From IMG/VR virus record IMGVR_UViG_3300021426_000084: a stretch of 64,000 bases of DNA. The stretch is one strand, 5' to 3'. Below, piece after piece: positions 19,707 through 28,509 of the stretch. Position numbers and translations under genes: made by a program. Position 1 is the stretch's first letter, and each line of letters opens with the position of its first letter. The DNA comes from a virus. Lineage: Duplodnaviria; Heunggongvirae; Uroviricota; Caudoviricetes. The notes under the pieces were generated by a model. The model searched no databases, was not told the DNA's origin, and worked only from the letters and a program-made list of their open reading frames with translations.

Positions 19707-20156
19707 AAAAAAGTGAGCACACACTTTGACAGATATCCAGCCTATCTTTATCTATAAAGGCTGGGTCTGGAGGAATCTGGATAACTCCAGATCCATCCGA
19801 GACCAGCCTCTTATAGATTGGAAACAAATAAATAAATGTGCGAAAGGATTGTGTATCTGCAAAAAAATGAGCACACATTCTATATGTATGAGCTTGCGCA
19901 ATCAACTATTATGACATATCCTGAACACTGCTGCTGACCAAGCAGCTGAGTTCAGGATATGTCATCGTATATTGAGTCAATTAAAGAAATGTGCCAGCAA
20001 GCGTGTACATATTGGCGAGCATACGCCAGTTAAACATATTGGTTCCAGACCTTTAATATCGCTGATGAGAAGATGTCTCAGCTGCCGATAGCAGCTCCGA
20101 GACATCTTCTCATCTGGATATATTGAGCAAATAAAGAACTATGCAAAGGAGCATGT
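19707..20156. other. 450-bp structured non-coding region immediately 3' of the RT: three tandem units, each a long perfect hairpin plus a conserved ~40-nt motif
   Basis: 21-mer direct repeat ctg(a/c)aaaaaa(g/a)tgagcacaca at 19703 and 19857; hairpins 19775-19792, 19911-19975 (16-bp arms), 20064-20114 (16-bp arms); conserved tatattgagYcaaWtaaagaa..tgYRc..aRg..gtgta after each. Confidence 0.5.
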
Positions 20157-20540
20157 ATGTTATCGGTAAATCTTAATACAAAGACAGCCAAGAAAAACGG
20201 GAAGGTCATTATTAAAAACGGTATTCCACAAAACGGCTATAAAATAAGCGAAGCTCCGATATCGTTTGAAGATATTGAAACTTTATATACTGCTTATAAA
20301 CATTCTGTTCCTAATGGAATGCGACGGCAGCGCAAATTCTTTCGTGCCCTGTCAGAGAATGAGTTAAGCACGGAGGACTTAATTGCCGGCGAAAATCGAC
20401 AGAAAACAAAAGAAAGGCTGGAAATGGCTATCTTGGAAGGCGGCCTCAATGGCAGCCTGAAATGGCCAGATAGCACGAAATGGTTTTGGCAATCAGAAAA
20501 AGACCCAGATTTAATTGTATTGAAAAAGTGGATTGCTTAA
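20157..20540 (+). CDS. hypothetical protein
   Basis: 127-aa ORF with SD aaaggagc. Confidence 0.55.
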   Translation: MLSVNLNTKTAKKNGKVIIKNGIPQNGYKISEAPISFEDIETLYTAYKHSVPNGMRRQRKFFRALSENELSTEDLIAGENRQKTKERLEMAILEGGLNGSLKWPDSTKWFWQSEKDPDLIVLKKWIA

Positions 20541-20552
20541 GGAGAAAAAATA

Positions 20553-21644
20553 ATGAATGAAAATTTACATGTATACTGCCCGAAATGCGGTTCTGAAGTA
20601 ATGCTGGCCGATGAAAACGGCAAGGCAATTATGCCGAAAAGCGGTGATTTCTTTCTGCGGTTAAAGAATAACGACCCGGAAAAGGCTAAGAGACTGAAAA
20701 ACGTCATCAATGCCCTGTACGGTAACGACGTAGAGGTTAAGAATGTTGGTGTAGTAACGGAAAAATCCCGGCATCGCAATCCGTTTACAGATTTAGCAAT
20801 GTTTCATAAGGAACAGGACAAAGACGATATTGAAGAATCCATCCTGAAAGATGGTGATATCAATTCAAAGTTCTTGTGGCGCCGCTGGATTATGGCGCAA
20901 GTTCTTCGCCATTACAAAACTGCTGATGGTCAGGAAAATTTCCACAATTATTTCATTAAGAGCAAGAGTATGCACTATGTTTTTAAAACCTGTATCGCAG
21001 AAGCTAAAGCGTTGAGCAATCTCTCTGGCCAGGAACTGGAAGAGCGAAAAATGTTCTTCAACGGAGAGGTCTTTCAGCAGATCATTGGAGATTATTTTAC
21101 GCAATATCGCAATGAGATTACGGCGAAATTGGAAGAATTGGATCAGGCCAATCGCCGGACTGTCCTTAAAAAGGGCTTCAATGCAAAATTGGAAGACACC
21201 TTTGTTATCGGTAAGAAAGCTTACGGGGAATGTGACGTTGTGGTGGCTCAGAAATACATGGATGATTTCATGTATAAGATGACAACGTTTGTAAACGATG
21301 ACAACTACAAAGCCGTGGCAAAAACGATGTTCGAGATTTACCTCGCATTTCCGCCGTTCAAACATTGCAAAAAGAGCAAGGCTTGGATGGACGCATTTAA
21401 GGGCGCCGGCGCATTCTATACCTTGGACAATCTGCTTCGTTGGCATCATTGCACAATTCGTGACGAAAATACCAATGAAGTATATTCCGGCGACCGTGCG
21501 CTGAAATATCTGCGTGACAGAACAAAGGCTCTGCCATCCAAAGAATACTATAAACTCTATGCCATTATGAAGCGTGTGGTTGAGGAAAACAACTTTGATT
21601 TCAACAAGCGTATGGAAGAACTGCGCAATAAGGGGATAGCGTAA
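20553..21644 (+). CDS. hypothetical protein with N-terminal zinc ribbon
   Basis: CPKCGSEV; 363 aa; SD aaggagaaaaaat. Confidence 0.55.
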   Translation: MNENLHVYCPKCGSEVMLADENGKAIMPKSGDFFLRLKNNDPEKAKRLKNVINALYGNDVEVKNVGVVTEKSRHRNPFTDLAMFHKEQDKDDIEESILKDGDINSKFLWRRWIMAQVLRHYKTADGQENFHNYFIKSKSMHYVFKTCIAEAKALSNLSGQELEERKMFFNGEVFQQIIGDYFTQYRNEITAKLEELDQANRRTVLKKGFNAKLEDTFVIGKKAYGECDVVVAQKYMDDFMYKMTTFVNDDNYKAVAKTMFEIYLAFPPFKHCKKSKAWMDAFKGAGAFYTLDNLLRWHHCTIRDENTNEVYSGDRALKYLRDRTKALPSKEYYKLYAIMKRVVEENNFDFNKRMEELRNKGIA

Positions 21645-22006
21645 TGCGTACAATAATAGCGGGCGGCCGCGACTTTACCAATACAAGTGTAGCCTTTGCC
21701 TGTTTGGAGTCATTGGTCGAAGCCGGAGATATCATTATCTCCGGCCATGCCTCCGGCGCCGACCATATCGGAGAACTCTATGCGGAGAAGCATGGATTAG
21801 AGTGTGAGCTCTATCCGGCAGACTGGAAAACTTATGGCCGGGCGGCAGGGCCTATCCGCAACGAGCAGATGGCCAAAGTAGCCGACAGACTCATTGCTTT
21901 TTGGGACGGTAGGTCCCGTGGCACAAAGTCTATGATAAACCTGGCCAAGAAGCATGACTGCGAGGTAATCGTGTTTGATTACTACGGAAACGAGGTGTCG
22001 ATATGA
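21644..22006 (+). CDS. SLOG-fold protein (DprA/Smf/LOG-like Rossmann domain, DUF2493-type)
   Basis: IIAGGRDF...SGHASGADHIGE...GPIRNEQM...FWDGRSRGT pattern. Confidence 0.45.
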   Translation: MRTIIAGGRDFTNTSVAFACLESLVEAGDIIISGHASGADHIGELYAEKHGLECELYPADWKTYGRAAGPIRNEQMAKVADRLIAFWDGRSRGTKSMINLAKKHDCEVIVFDYYGNEVSI

Positions 22007-22380
22007 TTGATACAATAAAAGAAGTGCTCGAAAAAGAGCTGGGGGAAAAATTAAACATCTGCGGTGTCGAAATCCAAAATGGTGAATACTATGCAGAACT
22101 GGAATTTGGCAGTGATGCCGGCGAAGACTTTGTTTTCGATGTTTGGTTTGACGGTACATGGAATGATTTTGTAACAAAGTTCCGTCAATATGCTGCCGAT
22201 TTCGACCCGGATGAACATGCTGCAATGTGGGTTGACTCACGAGGGAAAAATGGTGTTCCGGATTCCATAAGAGCACTCATTAACGATGCAGATAGTATCC
22301 AAGAATATCTCGAACAGTTTTCAGATGGCCTGAAATACGACAAATATGATGACGAATGGAACGAGGTAGAACAATCATGA
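22003..22380 (+). CDS. acidic hypothetical protein
   Basis: 125-aa ORF with ATGA coupling. Confidence 0.5.
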   Translation: MIDTIKEVLEKELGEKLNICGVEIQNGEYYAELEFGSDAGEDFVFDVWFDGTWNDFVTKFRQYAADFDPDEHAAMWVDSRGKNGVPDSIRALINDADSIQEYLEQFSDGLKYDKYDDEWNEVEQS

Positions 22381-22553
22381 AAATCAGCGAAGTAATCAGC
22401 AGCCTCCAAAAATGGAAGAATACCATCGGTGATGCTGAAGTGATGATTGTCGTCGATGATAATGGTTCAACAGCGGCTACATTTGACTACCATTTTGAGC
22501 ATGGCCGTAATCCCTATGGCGATGAGATTCTGGTCATAAACGGAAGGAATTAA
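22377..22553 (+). CDS. small hypothetical protein
   Basis: ATG 22377 overlaps the upstream stop. Confidence 0.4.
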   Translation: MKISEVISSLQKWKNTIGDAEVMIVVDDNGSTAATFDYHFEHGRNPYGDEILVINGRN

Positions 22554-22555
22554 CA

Positions 22556-23002
22556 ATGAAGTATCTATTTCTTGACATTGATGGGGTGATGAACTCCGCT
22601 GCAGACTGGTTCTCTACAAAGCTCATAAGCGATAAGCCATTTGAGCTCCTAAAGAAAATCATAGATGAAACCGGCGCGAAAATCATCTTATCTTCGTCAT
22701 GGCGCGCCGGTTATGAGCGTGGTACTTGTGACCTGCTTAAACAGCGTTTAGCTGAGTACGGTTTATTCATAGAGGATGTAACACCGCAAAGTGGCCGGCG
22801 CGGAAAAGAAATTCAGGAATGGCTTACTGCGCATGACTACGATGAGAATGTAGATACCTTTGTCATTCTGGATGACGAAGATTTCGACATCCTGGCAATC
22901 TATCCAGAGCAGTTGGTTAAGACTGATGCCCTGATCGGCCTATCAGGCTATAACGCTTGGCAATGCATTAGCAAGCTAAATCGAAAGAAGCGAGTTGTAT
23001 GA
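22556..23002 (+). CDS. HAD-superfamily hydrolase-like protein
   Basis: FLDIDGVM motif I; 148 aa. Confidence 0.5.
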   Translation: MKYLFLDIDGVMNSAADWFSTKLISDKPFELLKKIIDETGAKIILSSSWRAGYERGTCDLLKQRLAEYGLFIEDVTPQSGRRGKEIQEWLTAHDYDENVDTFVILDDEDFDILAIYPEQLVKTDALIGLSGYNAWQCISKLNRKKRVV

Positions 23003-23310
23003 ATAAACTTGAAAAACAGTTGGCCTATCTTCGGCCTCCGAAAGAAAATTTAAATCAAGCGAACAAGTTAAGGAAGAAACTGGAAATGGCCCAATTGACT
23101 AAACGTGTTTTGGGCCGCCGCATTTGTTGCGACTACATGTACGACGTCTTTGATTCTACAGGCAAGATAGACGAAGCCGCCCGTCAAATGAAAGGCGTAT
23201 GCGGTACGGTTGAATCTGTGGATGATGCCTGCCAATTACATGTCAAATGGGATAACGGCAGTACGCTGGCTTTGAATCCTGATGTAGACGAGTTTACCAT
23301 ACTGGATTGA
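22999..23310 (+). CDS. hypothetical protein
   Basis: 103-aa ORF with ATGA overlap. Confidence 0.45.
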   Translation: MNKLEKQLAYLRPPKENLNQANKLRKKLEMAQLTKRVLGRRICCDYMYDVFDSTGKIDEAARQMKGVCGTVESVDDACQLHVKWDNGSTLALNPDVDEFTILD

Positions 23311-23311
23311 G

Positions 23312-23653
23312 GTGGAGAATTTGAATAGATTAAAAGCTTTAAGAGTCGCCGCTGGTTACAACAGCCAAAGAGAACTGGCGGCGGCAATTAGCCGTTGGGC
23401 CAATGGAAATACAGACAAAGAAGTTTCTTACGCTTCAATCGCACGCATGGAAGCAGGAAGCGATAATCCATGGTGGAGCAATGTAAATGCGCTTGCTCGT
23501 TTCTTCCAAGTATCAGCCGATTATCTCATGGGTACAGAGCGCGAAGGAGTAAAACCTGATTCTGGAACAAGGGAAGAAATCCGGTTGGCAGCGGAAGATT
23601 TCGCACATAGACTTGCCGACATTCTTGGAGGACAGCCCTGTGAGAATCGGTAA
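23312..23653 (+). CDS. XRE-family helix-turn-helix transcriptional regulator
   Basis: QRELAAAISRWANG..SYASIARMEAG HTH pattern. Confidence 0.55.
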   Translation: MENLNRLKALRVAAGYNSQRELAAAISRWANGNTDKEVSYASIARMEAGSDNPWWSNVNALARFFQVSADYLMGTEREGVKPDSGTREEIRLAAEDFAHRLADILGGQPCENR

Positions 23654-23858
23654 CGCAATCATCAATCCGCGGCATATATGTTATGCGGAGATAATCGAAA
23701 ACAATGATTGGCTTGGTATTCAGGACGGCTATCTTATCCAGTGTAAAATGGATGATGGCAGAAAAATCAAGATAAAAGATTCAGATGGCAGAGGCTTTTC
23801 TTGTCTTGAAGCCGACGATGCTCTGGATGAGATTAATGATGCATTGGAGGAAGAATAA
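23640..23858 (+). CDS. small protein, paralog of 47758-48027 (RIGNAxINPR family)
   Basis: GTG 23640 with GGAGGA 7 nt upstream; shared RIGNA(I/V)INPR...CKM.DG..I.IKDS.G motif. Confidence 0.45.
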   Translation: MRIGNAIINPRHICYAEIIENNDWLGIQDGYLIQCKMDDGRKIKIKDSDGRGFSCLEADDALDEINDALEEE

Positions 23859-23861
23859 CAA

Positions 23862-24203
23862 ATGGCAATTAAACAGATTGCAGAACATATTTACGAAGCT
23901 GATGAAGATACGACACGAAAAGAACTAAAGGAAGCCGGCTGGATTTCTTCTGTTAAACTTTCACGTATGGAAGATATGTGGGCCGTCGCGTTATTGAAGC
24001 GGGATATCAATGGTCTTGCAGCGGCAGGCTTAGAAATTCTCAGCTTTCATGGTGGCTGCGGTAAAAAGTATTACTACCACAAAGAACAGATAGTGCCGGC
24101 GCTTCGGGCACTGCAGGAATATCTGTGCAACAGAGATATTAACCATGCGTATGAAACGAGGATAGAACGCATAAGAGACTTTTGGAGGCAGTATAATGGC
24201 TGA
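23862..24203 (+). CDS. hypothetical protein
   Basis: 113-aa ORF. Confidence 0.5.
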   Translation: MAIKQIAEHIYEADEDTTRKELKEAGWISSVKLSRMEDMWAVALLKRDINGLAAAGLEILSFHGGCGKKYYYHKEQIVPALRALQEYLCNRDINHAYETRIERIRDFWRQYNG

Positions 24204-24696
24204 GATATACAGAGATAAGCGCGGCTGGCTTTATACGATTGATAAAGCATTTGCAATATATACCGCACTTTATCGTAAGCCCGAACAAGATAAATGGCAT
24301 GTAGCAAGATCTGTACTAACTAGCTCTAACTTTAAAGAAGTAGAAGTGATGCTTATGTCGAAGTTAGACCTTAGTAGTACCGGTATCGTGGGTTGGTATA
24401 ATGGCGAGAACACTCGCCCCAATCCTATTCTGACTGAAGAAGGCTTGCGGCACATCAATGAGTATATCCGTGAACTCTGGGCCAAGCGGATAGAGCTCCT
24501 AGACGCCAAGAAAGATACTGCTGATGATACTGAAATCGCTACCGTAGCTGACATCTTAAGTGATATGGACAAATATACCGTTAAGGACGTAGGCGATGGC
24601 TTGGAGTATCTGAATGGCTGGCCTGTAACGGACAATTATGAAGCCGACTATGCGCTGCGGCTGGAATACGGAAAGGATTTTACGTGGTTAAAATAG
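24196..24696 (+). CDS. hypothetical protein
   Basis: 166-aa ORF. Confidence 0.5.
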   Translation: MAEIYRDKRGWLYTIDKAFAIYTALYRKPEQDKWHVARSVLTSSNFKEVEVMLMSKLDLSSTGIVGWYNGENTRPNPILTEEGLRHINEYIRELWAKRIELLDAKKDTADDTEIATVADILSDMDKYTVKDVGDGLEYLNGWPVTDNYEADYALRLEYGKDFTWLK

Positions 24697-24730
24697 AATG
24701 CTATAATAAAGGCTAGAAAGGGGGATGTAG

Positions 24731-25372
24731 ATGGTTCGTTGGAAAAATGGTTTCCCAATCATGGCCGATATCCTTAACCCATCTAAGCATGGCAAAGCTT
24801 GTCTGGAAAAGTACAGGGTTAACGCATGTGATTTCCGTGCCCGCTTTTACGACCATATGGAAGTTGGCGAAGAATATATGGTGCTCAAAGTAGACGAGCA
24901 GCTTATGATGAGCGACACACCAATGGAGCGCGAAAGCAACCAGAAAATCTTAGACATGGCTTATGGAGATGTCCTGATTGGTGGGCTTGGACTTGGGATG
25001 ATACTTTTTGCATTGCAACAGAATCCGGGCGTAAAATCTATTCATGTTATTGAACAAAGCGCCGACGTTATTGAGCTAGTCGGTAAACAGATTGTCCATT
25101 TATTGGATGTTTCTTTACCAGCTGTACATATTGTGCAGGGGGACGTATTCGATTACCCCGCTGCTCATCCCACGGAACGTTACGATACTATCTATATGGA
25201 TATCTGGCCATATTACGGGCATGGAATGCAAGATGATATGATAAAACTCAAGCAGGCATATGCGCCTCTGCTTAAGAAAGACGGCTGGTTTGGCTGCTGG
25301 CAGGAAGATATTGCATTTGGAGCAGAATATTCCATGGAGAATGAGAGCTATTATTTTGGCGCTATGAATTGA
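24731..25372 (+). CDS. class I SAM-dependent methyltransferase-like protein
   Basis: VLIGGLGLGMI glycine-rich motif I and YDTIYMDIW motif. Confidence 0.5.
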   Translation: MVRWKNGFPIMADILNPSKHGKACLEKYRVNACDFRARFYDHMEVGEEYMVLKVDEQLMMSDTPMERESNQKILDMAYGDVLIGGLGLGMILFALQQNPGVKSIHVIEQSADVIELVGKQIVHLLDVSLPAVHIVQGDVFDYPAAHPTERYDTIYMDIWPYYGHGMQDDMIKLKQAYAPLLKKDGWFGCWQEDIAFGAEYSMENESYYFGAMN

Positions 25373-25624
25373 AAAACTCTCATGAGAAGGATAGCCAGAC
25401 TTGTTATTCTTTAACAACGCAAAAGGCCGCCCGAAGGCGGCCAGCTGCGTGTTAGATAATAAAAAAAGAAAATATTTCAATCCACTCCCAGTTTTCATAC
25501 TGGGAGACAACAACCGTGATGGTTGATGCCTTAATAGTAGCAAATATTTTTCTTCTTGTCTAGCAGGAATCCCAAAGGTTACGCTAGAATAGATTTAAGA
25601 AGTGCACAAAAGGAGGAATTAGTT

Positions 25625-25930
25625 ATGAAAAAGATTATTAACGGCAAAAAATATGATACCGAAACAGCCAAAGAACTCGGCAGTAGCTGGAATGGCTTAA
25701 GCCCGACAGACTTCAACTACTGTTCGGAAAAGCTTTACCGGAAAAAGACCGGCGAGTTCTTCTTGTATGGGAAGGGTGGTGCGCGCTCCCAGTACGCAGA
25801 ACAGGTAGGGAATGCCTGGTGCGGTGGCGAAGACATCACTCCCTACACAGAAGACAAGGCTAAACGTTGGTGCGAGAACCACTTATCTGTGGACGAGTAT
25901 GAAGCTATCTTTGGTGAAGTTGAGGAGTAA
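25625..25930 (+). CDS. small protein, paralog of 27320-27610
   Basis: MKKIINGKKYDTETAK... and shared ending EYE(A/S)IFGEVEE; SD aaaaggagg. Confidence 0.55.
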   Translation: MKKIINGKKYDTETAKELGSSWNGLSPTDFNYCSEKLYRKKTGEFFLYGKGGARSQYAEQVGNAWCGGEDITPYTEDKAKRWCENHLSVDEYEAIFGEVEE

Positions 25931-26407
25931 CTGCTTAGTAACTGAAAACGTACTCAGGTATGTAAAAATGTGTAGCAATATGCTAAAGACTCAAGAAATC
26001 CATTGAGTTAGTTCGTGCTGACTTTATAGCAGTCGGAATGGCTGGAAATAAACCAGAGGCGGTTGAAACAGTCCGTCTAACTACGGGATAGCACCCTGAT
26101 GGTAGCCGTTGGACAGTGGTAAATGCGAGAACCAAGCAAAGGCTGGCGAGCCTAAACGCAAAACAATATCACGAAAGGAGAAAGCTACTAGATGTAATCG
26201 GCAGAATATCATAAACAAGATACTGTCGATATGTACCGATGGCTAGTCGGGAATTTACGTCTTCGGAGTATCACACAAACGTTAGTAGCCTGTCTTTCGG
26301 GACGGCGAGAACGGATACGATGAACAAGGAACTACAAATCGTGAGATTGTAGCGATACATCTTGATATAGGCATATTTGTCTATATTTTAAGTAGCAGTA
26401 ACTGCCG

Positions 26408-26953
26408 ATGGGGAACTATAGTTATATGTGCAAGTGCGGACAACCAATCCGCGCAGGTGAAAAGGTTCACCTCATGCATGTTCGCCATGGAGAAGTGTTG
26501 GGTCACGCAGAAGGCGAGTTTGACGGCTATGGCAGTGTCATAGAAAACGAAGGTTTTAATAATGCCTCATTTGATAAGTGGGATGGCGTTAGCAAAAATG
26601 ACCCGAATTGCCATGATGAAATTATGAAATCTCGTTACAACTTCAATGATTCTGAACATGTATGCCAAGAGAAAATGAAAATTTATCAAGACGAACCAGT
26701 CAGCATTGAAGAATATTGCACTGCATTGAGTATTGCAACAAAATGGCCCGATGCAAATATCAAAAGTTTCAACGACGCTTGCGCAGCTTACAGAGAACTG
26801 GAAGATGCACCTAAAGTTACTCCGCAGAGCGGCGTGGCAGCTTATCATAAAGCTTGTTATGATGAAGCCGTAAAGCAGAATGCTGTAGATATTGTTCCAT
26901 CTGAAGCCGACCCGAATCAAGGTTGGGGAGAGCCGCAGAAAAGATTCATGTAA
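26408..26953 (+). CDS. hypothetical Cys/His-rich protein
   Basis: 181-aa ORF. Confidence 0.45.
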   Translation: MGNYSYMCKCGQPIRAGEKVHLMHVRHGEVLGHAEGEFDGYGSVIENEGFNNASFDKWDGVSKNDPNCHDEIMKSRYNFNDSEHVCQEKMKIYQDEPVSIEEYCTALSIATKWPDANIKSFNDACAAYRELEDAPKVTPQSGVAAYHKACYDEAVKQNAVDIVPSEADPNQGWGEPQKRFM

Positions 26954-27043
26954 CGCAAAAGGCCCCCAAAAGGGGGCCAACTGCGTGTTAGGTAACAAAA
27001 AAAGAAAGTGTTTCAATCCACTCCCGGTCAAAGCCAGGAGACA

Positions 27044-27205
27044 AGCCGCCTATTCGGCGGTAAACATGATATTCCAAATTCATAGATTTCTAAGCCGCCT
27101 ATCCGGCGGGAAAAAGGAACCACCAATTTGATAGATTTCTAAGCCACCTACTCGGCGGTAAACAAAACCAAGAAAAATATAAATTTCTAAGCCGCCTATG
27201 CGGCG
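27044..27205. repeat. four direct repeats of a 16-bp GC hairpin (gccRcctaYNcggcgg) at exact 49-bp spacing; copies 2-4 share the 5' flank atttctaa
   Basis: copies at 27044, 27093, 27142 and 27190; AT-rich variable spacers of about 25 bp. Confidence 0.7.
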
Positions 27206-27319
27206 GTGAACTGGAATATCATGATATAATGATATCAGAAATTTTTTTCTTTGTCTAGCAGGAGTCTTAAAGGATATGCTAGAATAAAGAAAGAAGATTG
27301 TGTAAAAGGGGGATTAATT

Positions 27320-27610
27320 ATGAAGAAGATTATTGGTGGCAAAAAGTATGATACGGATACGGCGAAGCGCCTGGCAGGTTACGACAACATCGGAAAGAAA
27401 AATATCGCTTCCTGTACCGATTTTGATTATTGGTGTACTTCGCTATACCGGAAGAAAACCGGTGAGTATTTCATTTACAAGCAAGATACAGCTTGGAATG
27501 ATAGAGAAGAAACCATTACCCCCGCTACGGAGGAAGAAGCCAAGGCGTGGGCTGAAAATTACTTAGACGGCGATGAATATGAGAGTATTTTTGGTGAAGT
27601 AGAAGAATGA
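27320..27610 (+). CDS. small protein, paralog of 25625-25930
   Basis: MKKIIGGKKYDTDTAK...; duplicated upstream region as well. Confidence 0.55.
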   Translation: MKKIIGGKKYDTDTAKRLAGYDNIGKKNIASCTDFDYWCTSLYRKKTGEYFIYKQDTAWNDREETITPATEEEAKAWAENYLDGDEYESIFGEVEE

Positions 27611-27777
27611 ACATTTGTGATATATGTTTGATAATAGAGCTAGGGCTGCTTGGGATGATAATGTTAATAACTATAGTAGCAGCTGTAATAGCAACAATAG
27701 ACAATTGGCTGGACGGCGCAATCCGCAAAAAGCTAAAAAAGATGATAGATTGATGTAACAAGGAAGGCGATTTTTAA

Positions 27778-28281
27778 TTGCAGATAAAAATAGCAGGAAT
27801 TCAGGACGATTCCGTAGTAGACGGTGAGGGCATCCGCATGACCGTGTTCGGGCAGGGATGCCCTCACCATTGTCACGGTTGTCACAATCCCGCCACATGG
27901 AATAGCGCGGGCGGCTATGTAACAACTACAGAAGAAATTCTGGAGCAATACAAGAACAATCCGTTACTGGATGGTATGACATTTAGCGGCGGCGAACCAT
28001 TTATACAGCCATTTGCTTTTATGGAGCTGGCTGATAAGGTGCATGAAATGGGCGGCAATGTGTGGTGCTATACTGGATTTACATTAAACCAGCTTATGCA
28101 GTATGGCTTCGGCCCACATAAGTTGTTACTGGATAAGATAGATGTACTGGTAGATGGCGAATTCATGGAGGAGCTGAAAGACCTTACACTGCAATTCCGT
28201 GGCAGCCGCAATCAGCGCATCTGGAGGCGCCGGGGAGATACCTGGAGCTTATGGATGAAGGAAGGAGTAATGGCAGCATGA
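27778..28281 (+). CDS. nrdG: anaerobic ribonucleotide reductase activating protein (radical SAM)
   Basis: VDGEGIRMTVFGQGCPHHCHGCHN cluster motif; 167 aa. Confidence 0.7.
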   Translation: MQIKIAGIQDDSVVDGEGIRMTVFGQGCPHHCHGCHNPATWNSAGGYVTTTEEILEQYKNNPLLDGMTFSGGEPFIQPFAFMELADKVHEMGGNVWCYTGFTLNQLMQYGFGPHKLLLDKIDVLVDGEFMEELKDLTLQFRGSRNQRIWRRRGDTWSLWMKEGVMAA

Positions 28282-28439
28282 ATAAAGGTGGGTTCTCCTG
28301 GAAAACTTTTCTTGGTATTACAAATGTTAAACGACAGTTCGCCCAAAAAACAGGTATTCCGACATCAAAAACGGGGCTGGAAGCAAAAATCGGCAGATTG
28401 GTTCTACAGACAATATTCGGCACCAAGAAAAAGTCTTGA
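28278..28439 (+). CDS. small basic hypothetical protein
   Basis: ATG 28278 after gaaggagtaa. Confidence 0.4.
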   Translation: MNKGGFSWKTFLGITNVKRQFAQKTGIPTSKTGLEAKIGRLVLQTIFGTKKKS

Positions 28440-28509
28440 CTAAAATGTAAGAAGAGACTATACTTTGGTGTAAGTAGTAATTAAGTAGTTTTTTTTTGGA
28501 GGATTCTCG

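Noticed and set aside
18438-20156. Diversity-generating retroelement or mobile group II intron interpretation of the RT
   Set aside because: Motif 4 is QG-type rather than DGR IGxxxSQ. No TR/VR pair or avd was seen by eye. No intron domain V/VI and no upstream intron domains (a gene abuts the RT start). A retron is also not canonical (no VTG motif, ncRNA would be downstream).
25425-26978. Plus-strand rho-independent terminators at ggccgcccgaaggcggcc and ggcccccaaaagggggcc
   Set aside because: On the plus strand the stems are preceded, not followed, by the A/T run. They would terminate only minus-strand transcripts, so are noted as conserved hairpins of the duplicated cassette rather than annotated terminators.
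27044-27205. CRISPR array interpretation of the 49-bp periodic repeats
   Set aside because: The repeat core (16-24 nt) and spacers (~25 nt) are too short, the repeats are not identical, and no cas genes are nearby. Kept as an unexplained periodic array instead. The track ORF 26892-27131 across it is not considered coding.
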